Part shown: positions 36,324 through 45,471 of the stretch, piece after piece
Layout of the letters: every line of letters starts with the position of its first letter
How positions within the stretch are numbered: the first letter of the stretch is position 1
Assembly (NCBI GenBank): GCA_042408215.1
Contig: JAYFMW010000030.1
Coordinates: forward strand, 608,001 to 672,000
Reading direction: 5' to 3'
From: Microcoleus sp.
GTDB lineage: Bacteria; Cyanobacteriota; Cyanobacteriia; Cyanobacteriales; Microcoleaceae
DNA length: 64,000 bases
The notes under the pieces: model-generated
Database searches by the model: none
The model's input: the letters and a program-made list of their open reading frames with translations, nothing else
What the model was told of the DNA's origin: nothing
Made by a program: the position numbers and the translations under genes

Positions 36324-37721
36324 CTACTGAGTAGGTTGAGACTTCGCTTGCAGTGCATCCTTAGCCGACAATCCCTCACCTGGAACACCAAAATACCACA
36401 AACTAGCAGCAGCTTCGGCGCGACCAACAGATTTCTTTGGTTGAAACAAAGTTGTAAAACCAAAAACCCGGCGAATATTTGCCAAATCTCCATTGTTAAA
36501 ATCAGCTAAAATTGCCCGCGATGCTTGGGAGTCAATCTTAGACGCATCTTGAAAACCCCACTTTTCTTTCACCCCGTCAATGTTAGCTGTCGGCAAAACT
36601 TGACGAGTATCTAAAGGTACTTTCCAGAGAATCATTGTTTCGCGAGTTAAAGGTGCATCCGGGCGAAATTTAACATCTTTACTTTCTCCTGAAAGCGAAC
36701 TCGCAATTAAACCTGCTTCTGCTAAACCTTGAATTGCTGGAAAATCTGGGTCTGTTTTTGGCACATCAGAAAATGCCGGTTCACTAGACTCTACTGCTAA
36801 TCTAATTTGTTTCGCTTGACGGCTAGCATAAATCTGATTGTTCGCAGCTATCAACCAGCGAGCATATTCGCGACGAGTGACAATTTTGTTGGGTTCGGGT
36901 AAAGTGTTGCCAGTTTCTAAATTTGCACCGGATTTCGATCGCACTTTCAGCACTTCCAACTCAGCCAAATCTGCCACATACTGCCGCAACTGTTGAGGAA
37001 TTTGGCCCTCTTGTTCGCTGACTTTTTGAGATTTTGGCGCAGGCGATGGCGTTGAATTAGTTTCACCTGCATTAGGTGCATTCGGTAGCGGTGAAGGAGA
37101 TGTGCTAGACTTAGAATTACTAGGTTGAGGGGTAGCAGCAATTTCTCCGCTTCCCTTGCCGTACTCAATCCCAAATTCTGTAACACCTCCTACTTTCTGA
37201 GTAGGAGAAAGCGACACTGTTACCCGTAAATTATCTCGCCTTGCTACTAAAGAACCTTGTCCGTCGGTGGTTGGGCGGCTGATTATTTCCCAGTTGCGAC
37301 GCTGAAACTCATTCTGATAAAAGTTCTGAACGGAATTAACCGGATCGGTGCTCTCGTAGCGCAGCTGCACATTTTTTGGCGACGGGGCGGTTGGCTCTGT
37401 AACTTCGAGCAACTGAGCATTAGGATAGAGAGGAATCTCTGTTGGGAAGTCCCCTGGTAGCTTGGCGGTTGTGCTGGTGTCAACTGCTTTCGCTGGTGGC
37501 GGATTCGTGAAAGCCACGGGATTTTCTTTTAATTTGGGATCGGCGGCTAAAGATTCTTCGAGGGCCTTGCTGTTGGGGCTGTTTGCACAAGCTGTCACAG
37601 AAACCAGCAGACAGATAGCCAGCCAAGTATTTACAGTAGCGAGTATATTGGTTTTACTGGTTTTAGCTGGCGATCGCCCCTCTGAGGAGTCTCGCCCTTG
37701 AGTAAATATAATATTCAGCAT
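36324..37721 (-). CDS. S-layer homology (SLH) domain lipoprotein
   Basis: Lipobox VTAC; SLH motifs TRREYA, FSDVP..DPDF.AIQGLAEAG, FRPDAPLTRE. Confidence 0.85.
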   Translation of the reverse strand: MLNIIFTQGRDSSEGRSPAKTSKTNILATVNTWLAICLLVSVTACANSPNSKALEESLAADPKLKENPVAFTNPPPAKAVDTSTTAKLPGDFPTEIPLYPNAQLLEVTEPTAPSPKNVQLRYESTDPVNSVQNFYQNEFQRRNWEIISRPTTDGQGSLVARRDNLRVTVSLSPTQKVGGVTEFGIEYGKGSGEIAATPQPSNSKSSTSPSPLPNAPNAGETNSTPSPAPKSQKVSEQEGQIPQQLRQYVADLAELEVLKVRSKSGANLETGNTLPEPNKIVTRREYARWLIAANNQIYASRQAKQIRLAVESSEPAFSDVPKTDPDFPAIQGLAEAGLIASSLSGESKDVKFRPDAPLTRETMILWKVPLDTRQVLPTANIDGVKEKWGFQDASKIDSQASRAILADFNNGDLANIRRVFGFTTLFQPKKSVGRAEAAASLWYFGVPGEGLSAKDALQAKSQPTQ

Positions 37722-37790
37722 AAATCCCTCGTTTGCGGATATATTTCTAGGCTAGCGCAGATCGATCGGGCAAATATAATTTTTCCAAAA

Positions 37791-38336
37791 ATGAACCTCC
37801 TGCATTTACTCCTAGTTACTGCAACATTACTGGTATCGCCTGTCAAGTTTGCCAGTCCCCTAAGAGCTCAACCAGCCCCCCTACCTGTCGCACTTCCTCA
37901 ACCAGATTGGCAGCCATTCTGCTCGGCTGAGGGTTTTTTTGCGATCGGTATGCCAGGAAATATTAAAATTAATTCCGAAACTTTTTCAACTCAAATTACC
38001 GCTTATACATACAGATCGAGCTTAACAAAACAAGAAACTTATTTACTTCAATACTTCGACCTAGATTTTCCCCTCAGCAATACTAATATCAAAATCACTT
38101 TAAATAATGCCGTAGATTTTTTTGTCGTGGGTGCCAATGCTAGATTGCTGCAAGTGCGCGATATTTCCCTGGGTAGCTATCCGGGAAAAGAGTTTGAGTT
38201 TCAGTCGCTTTCCCCCAACGCACCTGTAGGTATCGGTCAGGTATTTTTAGTCGATCGGCGAATTTACGGGCTAGTCGCCATTACCCCAAAACCAGAAAAT
38301 GCTCAAAGATTTCTAGAATCTTTTCGTCTTTATTAA
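37791..38336 (+). CDS. Secreted hypothetical protein
   Basis: Signal peptide; W.PF.S.EG.F.I.MPG...FL.SFRL pattern. Confidence 0.65.
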   Translation: MNLLHLLLVTATLLVSPVKFASPLRAQPAPLPVALPQPDWQPFCSAEGFFAIGMPGNIKINSETFSTQITAYTYRSSLTKQETYLLQYFDLDFPLSNTNIKITLNNAVDFFVVGANARLLQVRDISLGSYPGKEFEFQSLSPNAPVGIGQVFLVDRRIYGLVAITPKPENAQRFLESFRLY

Positions 38337-38344
38337 GGAAGGAA

Positions 38345-38760
38345 TTAGTCATTAGTCATTAGTCATTAGTCATTAGTCATTAGTCATTAGTCATTAGTCA
38401 TTAGTCATTAGTCATTAGTCATTAGTTATTAGTTATTGGTGATTAGTCATTAGTCATTAGTCATTGGTCATTAGTCATTGGTCATTAGTCATTAGTCATT
38501 AGTTATTGGTCATTAGTCATTAGTCATTAGTCATTAGTTATTGGTTATTCGTTATTCGTTATTGGTGATTCGTTATTCGTTATTAGGAAAAGGAAAGGAT
38601 TAGTAATTCCCCATTCCCCATTCCCGATTCCCCATTCCCGATTCCCCATTCCCGATTCCCCATTCCCGATTCCCGATTCCCGATTCCCGATTCCCCATTC
38701 CCGATTCCCAATTCCCAATTCCCCATTCCCGATTCCCCATTCCCCATTCCCCATTCCCAA
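38345..38760. repeat. Long STRR arrays (ATTAGTC, TTATTCG, TTCCCCA/TTCCCGA)
   Basis: Direct 6-7-mer tandem repeats. Confidence 0.95.
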
Positions 38761-38931
38761 TTTGGGATTTTTGTACTCTATCTAACGACATAGATCCCAG
38801 TTACACCTGTGGAGCGATGTAGCTATTTACCCAATTATTTATATTGAATATCAGGTTTTTTAAATCCCACCAAGCACAAACGAAGAATCAGTCCTATCAC
38901 CTAAAACTTACCTGTAGGGTATTCAAATATT

Positions 38932-39396
38932 ATGAACCAACTAACACCAATTTTTCTCGGAGGTATTTTATTATTTGGAGCCGCTGCTTGCAGCGACGGT
39001 GCGAAAACCAGCGCTGATGCTCCTAATTCTGCCACACAAACTACCGCTAGTCCTCCCTCAGCCAAGACAGTTAACAAAACTCAGGGCGATGCAACTAGCG
39101 ATGTTCGCAGATCACAAGCAAATGCTGATATCAGGGCGCGAGAACAGCGGAACAATTTGACTGGTGGTGATGCCATCAGAGCTGATGGCGACCTCAAAAG
39201 TGAAGTCCGCTCTAAGTTGGAAGTAAATATTACCAAAGGTCAGCTAACAATTGAAGCAAAAGACGGGCTTGTCACCGTAGGAGGCACTGTTCCTTCTCAA
39301 CAAGACCTAGCTAAAATTGAGCCCCTAGCTAAAGAGATTAAAGGTGTCAAAAAGGTGAATGTTACGGCTGTTGTAGCCCCATCTACACCGAAATGA
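38932..39396 (+). CDS. BON domain lipoprotein
   Basis: Lipobox [34 protein letters not shown]. Confidence 0.85.
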   Translation: MNQLTPIFLGGILLFGAAACSDGAKTSADAPNSATQTTASPPSAKTVNKTQGDATSDVRRSQANADIRAREQRNNLTGGDAIRADGDLKSEVRSKLEVNITKGQLTIEAKDGLVTVGGTVPSQQDLAKIEPLAKEIKGVKKVNVTAVVAPSTPK

Positions 39397-39400
39397 GCTT

Positions 39401-39600
39401 GAATTGGGAATGGGGAATGGGGAATGGGGAATTGGGAATGGGGAATTGGGAATTGGGAATGGGGAATGGGGAATGGGGAATTGGGAATTGGGAATGGGGA
39501 ATGGGGAATTGGGAATGGGGAATTCGTAATTGGTAGTAACTCACCATAACCAAGAACAATTAACCAAGAACAATTAACCAAGAACAATTAACAATTAACC
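39401..39600. repeat. STRR arrays (GGGAATG/GGGAATT; AACAATT)
   Basis: Direct 7-mer tandem repeats. Confidence 0.9.
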
Positions 39601-39761
39601 AATTCATGAAAAGTAGTTGAAGTTCAGCCGGAAGATAGAGACAGCAGTTACCCCCAGCGACTGATGAAAATTCCTTGCAAAAATGACTAACTGTAGCAAG
39701 GTCAGTAAGCAGAAAAAAAGTTCTGTAGTTGTGTAAAAAAACTTGATTAAGGAGAAAACAA

Positions 39762-40958
39762 ATGGCTTTAGGTAGACACAAGCGGGCTGTAGGATCATTT
39801 TCTAATTATCGAGATACTGAACTCGCTCTCAGGGAACTGCAAAGTGCAGGGTTTCCGATGAATAAAGTTTCGGTAGTCGGGGAAAATCTCGATCGAGGCA
39901 AAATTGCTGGTGCTAACGTCAGCAAGAGTAGCGAGGAACAAGTTGGCGGTGGCGCCTCATCAGGGGCGACAGCGGGAGTTGTGACTGGGGGTTTGATTGG
40001 GTTGCTCGGAGGTATTGGTGCGGTGGCGATTCCGGGAGTGGGCCCGGTGATGGCGGCGGGCGCTCTTGCAACTCTGCTGGCCGACACTGCTTTAGGAGGC
40101 GCGATTGGGGCGGCGGCGGGAGGTTTAGTTGGCGGTTTGGTCGCTTTGGGAGTTCCTGAAGACAAAGCTAAAATTTACAGCGATCGCATCTCGCGCGGAG
40201 AATATTTGGTATTCGTAGAAGGAACAGATGCCGAAATCGCCACAGCCGAAGCAATTTTCAGGGTGCGGGGGATTCAAGATTGGGGTATTTACGACGTACC
40301 GGCACACACCCATCGCAGAGCTTCGGGCCGCCACAAACGCGCTGTGGGCGTATTTTCCACCCGCCGCGAGACGGAACAAGCGCTCACAGAGCTTAGAACT
40401 GCTGGTTTCGACATGGATCGGGTTTCTGTCATCGCCAAGGATGCTGACTCCCAAGGCGAAATCGCAGGGATTGATGTGGAAGACAGCGCGGATCGCAAGG
40501 TTGATGAAGGTGCCACCAAGGGCGCCCTCACAGGCGGCGCTTTGGGCGGTTTGACTGGTTTGTTGGTGGGTCTAGGTTTGCTGGCAATTCCGGGAATCGG
40601 GCCGATTATGCTGGCTGGAGCTGAAGCTACGGCGATCGCCACTACACTTGCTGGTACAGCTTTGGGAGCGACTGCGGGTGGCTTGATCGGAGCTCTAGTC
40701 GGTTTGGGAATTCCCGAGGCAGAAGCTAAAGCATACAGCGATCGGGTAGCTCGCGGAGATTACCTGGTACTGCTCAACGGAACTGAGGCAGAGGTCGCCA
40801 CAGCCGAAAGAATTTTCGGCCGCTCCGGCATTCAGAATTGGAGTATCTACGACTATCCCAGTGTGGATACCGCTCGCAGCGATTACGGTGTTCCGGGCGC
40901 TCCTGGTGTTGATACCACGGCTGACCAAAAAACTGGGATACAAGCCCCGTCCTTCTAG
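39762..40958 (+). CDS. General stress protein (duplicated 17M/YflT-like domains with Gly-zipper TMs); native C-terminus replaced by a mini-IS insertion
   Basis: Two repeats of RHKRAVG.FS..R.TE.AL.EL..AGF.M..VSV plus GAGG-rich TM segments. Confidence 0.8.
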   Translation: MALGRHKRAVGSFSNYRDTELALRELQSAGFPMNKVSVVGENLDRGKIAGANVSKSSEEQVGGGASSGATAGVVTGGLIGLLGGIGAVAIPGVGPVMAAGALATLLADTALGGAIGAAAGGLVGGLVALGVPEDKAKIYSDRISRGEYLVFVEGTDAEIATAEAIFRVRGIQDWGIYDVPAHTHRRASGRHKRAVGVFSTRRETEQALTELRTAGFDMDRVSVIAKDADSQGEIAGIDVEDSADRKVDEGATKGALTGGALGGLTGLLVGLGLLAIPGIGPIMLAGAEATAIATTLAGTALGATAGGLIGALVGLGIPEAEAKAYSDRVARGDYLVLLNGTEAEVATAERIFGRSGIQNWSIYDYPSVDTARSDYGVPGAPGVDTTADQKTGIQAPSF

Positions 40959-41108
40959 GACGGCTTTTTGCTAGAATACAGATAGTCGCCGAGCGGGCAT
41001 TGGGAGACTCTAAACGGACGTGGAGCGACGGTAAGACTACCGCTTGCGGAGCGCGTTGCTATGAAGCGTCAAGGAATCCCCGCACCTTTAGGTCGGGGAG
41101 TATGTCAA
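40926..41108 (+). mobile_element. 183-bp non-autonomous IS200/IS605 mini-element (left end plus omegaRNA-like right end)
   Basis: Left end matches the 32616 element; ends GAATCCCCGCACCTTTAGGTCGGGGAGTATGTCAA; excision restores the host reading frame. Confidence 0.85.
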
Positions 41109-41197
41109 ATTTACGACCCAAATCAGGGCGTTAGCAGCAGCCGTCGGCGGTAAGTGACCTCAGCGTTTGCGAATCGAGATTGAAGCGCCAAATAATC

Positions 41198-41236
41198 TCA
41201 AAAGTCGGCAATTTCCGAGAAATTGCCGACTTTTGA
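41198..41236 (+). terminator. Rho-independent terminator (bidirectional-type hairpin)
   Basis: TCAAAAGTCGGCAATTT CCGAG AAATTGCCGACTTTTGA. Confidence 0.7.
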
Positions 41237-41524
41237 TTGGTTATGGAAACTAAAAAAACTGCACGTTCAAAAGTTTTATTTTGATTGGCGTTCTGGGCCC
41301 GGCAAACCCTGTTCCGTGCAAGCGGCTCGACAGTAAAATTAATTCGTCAAATTAATTTTTACACCCCAAATCCGCAGTGGCTTTTGTATCTGTATCACTC
41401 ACTACTGCTCGATTCCCAACTACCCAGTACGATCAAATTTTATGAATTACTTTACAGCAGATCTTGCTCGGTTAGTCCGCCAGCGACTATCTTTAAGTTA
41501 TGGGGCAGCTAATTTCAACAACTT

Positions 41525-41637
41525 ATTCTTGCACCTCTGTCAGGAACAGGCAAGATGCCTGTTCCACAAAAAGTGAATTTTCTTGTGGGGCGGGCATCCT
41601 GCCCGCCCGTGAAAGCCTTATTGACAATGGTGCAAGA
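41525..41637. repeat. MITE/REP composite (TCTTGCACC...GGTGCAAGA)
   Basis: TIRs enclosing GGAACAGGCAAGATGCCTGTTCC and GGGCGGGCATCCTGCCCGCCC hairpins. Confidence 0.65.
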
Positions 41638-42483
41638 TCTCAGTTGGATTGGGCTGCCGAATTGCCGTTGGCAAGACTTGCTACAGGAATACAGTTTTCT
41701 TGGGAATGCCTTAGCGAATCATTTGAGAAGCCCAGGAACAGCTTTTATGTCCGGGAGTGCGTCTGGTGTCAGGTGTTCTGTTAATTAGAACCGCAAGCGC
41801 TCATGGATCGACGAGACATTAACAGCAAGCACAGAAGCGCGGGAGCAGGGGAACGGCTCGCGGCGCATTTTTTCGCGAAATCGCAGCCCAGAGGTAGTGT
41901 CTTGCTTGCTTCGCCTGGGAGTCGCTCAGCACTCAGAGGAAAACAACCTTCCTGTTGGCTTTCACTGGAACACTACACAGTGGGGGGAGGTGACACTAGC
42001 TGAGCTGGCCGGGCGCTGCTGGGTCAGGTCACTCGAAGCTAGAAGGCAGAAGGTAGAAGGCAGAATGGTTTAAGTTCCGATACCTTGTTTCTTTCTGGTA
42101 CTAATAAATTCGATCGCCTGTATCGGCTTTTCGGGTCAGAATGCGGCACTGATGTCGTCAGCGATACTACCAATACTCGATCGCTCTTGTCTACGAGCGA
42201 TCGACAAATTCTCAGTATTTTGGTAAATGGTTAGTAGTTAATAGTTCGCCGTTAGCAGTTAGTAAAAAATACAGCTAACAGCTAAAAAATAACATCAACC
42301 GACAACTAAATACTAGCATAATAAGACTCGAATCGCAGGGTGCTGCGGTCAATAAACCACTTTGGTAAATTCTTGCTGTTGCCGTCAGTATTTCTTGAGA
42401 AAACTGACTGGCAAACTCGAACTAAAAAAGTTTGTAGACAGCAGAAACAATCGAAAAATTAAGGAAACTAACGCAACTTTTTT

Positions 42484-43545
42484 ATGAATTTCACTGAGCT
42501 TTTAAGTGCTGATGAACTTTTAACTAGACATAGAAACGGGGAACGAGATTTTCGAGGGGCTAACCTCATGGCAGCTCATTTAATGGAAGCTAATCTCAGT
42601 CGGACAAATTTGAGCAACGCTAATTTAAAAAAGGCGAACTTAATCAGAAGCAAACTGATTGCAGCCAACTTGAACGGAGCCGACTTGAGCGGAGCGAATT
42701 TATCTAAAGCTAAACTGATTGAAACTAACCTCGGCAGTTCTAGTTTAACTGGAACTATTGCCATCGCAGCGGATTTTAGCGGAGCCAATCTCACGGGAGC
42801 GATATTATCTCATGCTGACTTGAGCAAAGCTATTTTAATTGGAGCGAGTTTAGTAGGAGCTTGTTTGCTTAATGGCTCGAAACTAACTGAGGCTAATTTG
42901 AGTGGGGCGACAATGAGCCGAGCAATTATGAGCGGGGTTGATTTAACCAAAGCAAATCTGACTAGATCGATTATGAGCGAGGTTGATTTGAGCGGAGCAA
43001 ATATGAGTGGAGCGACTCTCATTCGGGCTTATATCAATCGTGGAAATCTCAGCGGTATCAATTTGGTTGAAGCTTATTTGAGCGAAGCAAGTCTGCGGGA
43101 GGCTTGTGTATGTGCTGCTAATTTGAGCGGTGCTGACTTGAGCGGTGCTGACTTACAATCCGCTAATTTAAATGGATCTAACTTGACCGGTGCCTACTTA
43201 CAAGGCGCTAATTTGAGTAAAGCTAATCTGAATGGTTTGATTCTGCAAAACGCTGATTTGAGGGCTGCCAATTTAAACAAAGCTTCTTTGCGGGGAGCTA
43301 ATTTGAGCGGTGCTAATTTGTCGGGAGCTAGCTTGCTGGAAGCGGATTTGCGGGGGGCAAATTTGAGCGGTGCTAATTTGTCGGGAGCGGGTTTGCTGCT
43401 GAGTTCTTTGGCGGGAGCAAATTTGACAGGGGCTAATTTATCCGAGGCTAATTTGATTGGGGCGAGTTTGAATGTTGCTAATTTAAATGAAGCGGCTTTG
43501 GGCGGGGCAATTTTGCCGAATGGAGCTACTCACAGTCGCGATTGA
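42484..43545 (+). CDS. Pentapeptide repeat protein
   Basis: GERDF start and continuous A(N/D)LxG repeats. Confidence 0.93.
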   Translation: MNFTELLSADELLTRHRNGERDFRGANLMAAHLMEANLSRTNLSNANLKKANLIRSKLIAANLNGADLSGANLSKAKLIETNLGSSSLTGTIAIAADFSGANLTGAILSHADLSKAILIGASLVGACLLNGSKLTEANLSGATMSRAIMSGVDLTKANLTRSIMSEVDLSGANMSGATLIRAYINRGNLSGINLVEAYLSEASLREACVCAANLSGADLSGADLQSANLNGSNLTGAYLQGANLSKANLNGLILQNADLRAANLNKASLRGANLSGANLSGASLLEADLRGANLSGANLSGAGLLLSSLAGANLTGANLSEANLIGASLNVANLNEAALGGAILPNGATHSRD

Positions 43546-43803
43546 TGGGTTGATTAACCGAAAATAGTTTTGGTTACACCTGTTCGATTGCTAGGAAATC
43601 CCCGCCCTAAAAAGGGCGGGGAGGATATCAATTATGTTTGGGGGCGATCGCCATTCAATTAGTATAGTCGGAGCGGGTTTATTTATAGCCTTGGACGCAC
43701 GAGTGGTCAGAAACCGGGTTTTTGCTGAGAAGACGCGTTACAGCACGTTTTAATGAAAAAAACCCGGTTTCTTTGGTCGGAGCGCGTAAGTCCTATCAAC
43801 TAT

Positions 43804-44151
43804 TTAAGCTGAAATATGGGGTTTCCATTGGTTGCGGATAGCTTGTACCAAAAGCCCTTCGCCGTTCCGCACTATTCCCCGGCGGCGATTTTCCTCAACT
43901 ACAAATATCGCATCTCGAACTACTTCAACATTGTTACTTAGAATCAAAGTCTTTAGCCAAGGGTTAAGCTGAAATCCAGCCATTTCCACTTGCTCCAAAA
44001 TTGGATTAGACATAACTTTAAAAGTAGATGGTTGAGTTTTCGGAGAATTGGAGACAGTTTCAGCTAATGCTAGCAGGCGATCTAGATGTGCTATGCCATA
44101 AGCATCAGCAAATTCTTTAGCTGTCTGGATGTACTCAATTAGTTGTGTCAT
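43804..44151 (-). CDS. Hypothetical protein
   Basis: 115-aa ORF ending VRNGEGLLVQAIRNQWKP; divergent from the STAND pair. Confidence 0.65.
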   Translation of the reverse strand: MTQLIEYIQTAKEFADAYGIAHLDRLLALAETVSNSPKTQPSTFKVMSNPILEQVEMAGFQLNPWLKTLILSNNVEVVRDAIFVVEENRRRGIVRNGEGLLVQAIRNQWKPHISA

Positions 44152-44235
44152 ATTTATCTTCTGGCTTTTTCAAAGTTTGCGGTGGAAGGCTTAGCACTAA
44201 ATAACAGCTTATAAGCTACTTTCAAAAAAGTCCAA

Positions 44236-44279
44236 GAAAAATATTTCCGGTATCATAAAAATAACCGGAAATATTTTTC
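44236..44279. promoter_or_regulatory. Perfect 16-bp inverted repeat, candidate operator
   Basis: GAAAAATATTTCCGGT-N12-ACCGGAAATATTTTTC between divergent genes. Confidence 0.5.
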
Positions 44280-44370
44280 CGATTGTTCAAAGAAGCGGAA
44301 AATTTTTCAAGTTTCGCGCTAGTTATGATAAAGTCAACAAGAGAGACACCAAGTTCTGAGAGGGGTTGAG

Positions 44371-45471
44371 GTGACTGGGACTGTGAACTTATGGCAAAGC
44401 TTTTTAAGATTAAAAATAGTTACTGATTATGGCTTGAGTCGGACAGAGACAGCTATTCTTCTGGCTAAGTTTCCCGATGAAAACACGGTCAAGAGTAACA
44501 GAGAGGTTGCAGATGGAGGAATCACAGAAGAAAATTCTGACATCCCGATCGACCCTGAGAATGTTCGGCGGCAAATGTGGACGATATACAATGAGCGTTT
44601 CTGTCCAAAAGAAGACCGGGAAGGTTTTTTGGGTTATAACGACAGAAGTAGCCGGGAGAAAGAGCGTGCACTTCTAGATTGGCTGAAACCCCAGTATTCA
44701 AACTGGGTGTCAAGTCAAAGGAGTGCATTCAGTACAGGCGATCGCATCCCTGCTATTTCCTCTAACCCTTTTATTCCTCAGACTGGTAAAATTGACGACC
44801 CGCAACTGTTTTTCGGCAGAGATCGGGAAATTAGGCGAGTATTCGAGGTTCTTAACAGCAATGACAGTGTAGCTTTAATAGGAGAAGAAGGCATCGGGAA
44901 ATCTTCTCTGTTATGGGCTATTTGTCAACAGGCTAAAAATCTCCTATTCTCATCACGGCGACCAATTTACTTAGACCTCAATGGAGTCAGAGATGAAGAT
45001 GACTTCTACACAGCTTTGTGTGAAGAAGTTGGCATCTCTAAAAGTAATGGATATATGCTCACTCGTGCTTTGAAAAACCATAAAGTGCTGCTGGCTATAG
45101 ATAATGTTGGAAAGATGACTTGGGACGGTTTTACCCGTGGAGTGAGAGATCACTTGCGGGGTTTAGCTGAGGGGCAAAATGCACCTTTGCAACTGATTGT
45201 AGCTGCTAGCGAACCTCTCGATAAACTCTTTAATGACAGTCAGGATGAAGGGAAAACATCTCCGCTTGCGGGTATTTGCCCAGAAGAGAATATTAAGCGT
45301 TGGGATGAAGCAATTTCTGGTGCATTTATTAAAGCTCGTCTTGCTGTGACTTTGGTGCGTTTTACTGAAGAGGAAATAAGCCAGCTAGTACAAGAAAGTG
45401 GCGGTCATCCACGACGACTGATGCAGTTGTGCTATCAAAATTATGCGCGATATGTGGAGGATGTAAAATGA
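44371..45471 (+). CDS. N-terminal HTH-like domain plus STAND/AAA ATPase
   Basis: NPF...FFGRDREI, Walker A GEEGIGKS, Walker B LLAIDN, GGHP. Confidence 0.8.
   Translation: MTGTVNLWQSFLRLKIVTDYGLSRTETAILLAKFPDENTVKSNREVADGGITEENSDIPIDPENVRRQMWTIYNERFCPKEDREGFLGYNDRSSREKERALLDWLKPQYSNWVSSQRSAFSTGDRIPAISSNPFIPQTGKIDDPQLFFGRDREIRRVFEVLNSNDSVALIGEEGIGKSSLLWAICQQAKNLLFSSRRPIYLDLNGVRDEDDFYTALCEEVGISKSNGYMLTRALKNHKVLLAIDNVGKMTWDGFTRGVRDHLRGLAEGQNAPLQLIVAASEPLDKLFNDSQDEGKTSPLAGICPEENIKRWDEAISGAFIKARLAVTLVRFTEEEISQLVQESGGHPRRLMQLCYQNYARYVEDVK

Noticed and set aside
43597..43630. Hairpin ending GGGGAGGATATCAA as an intact IS605 element
   Set aside because: At most an isolated right-end remnant; no left end or ORF.
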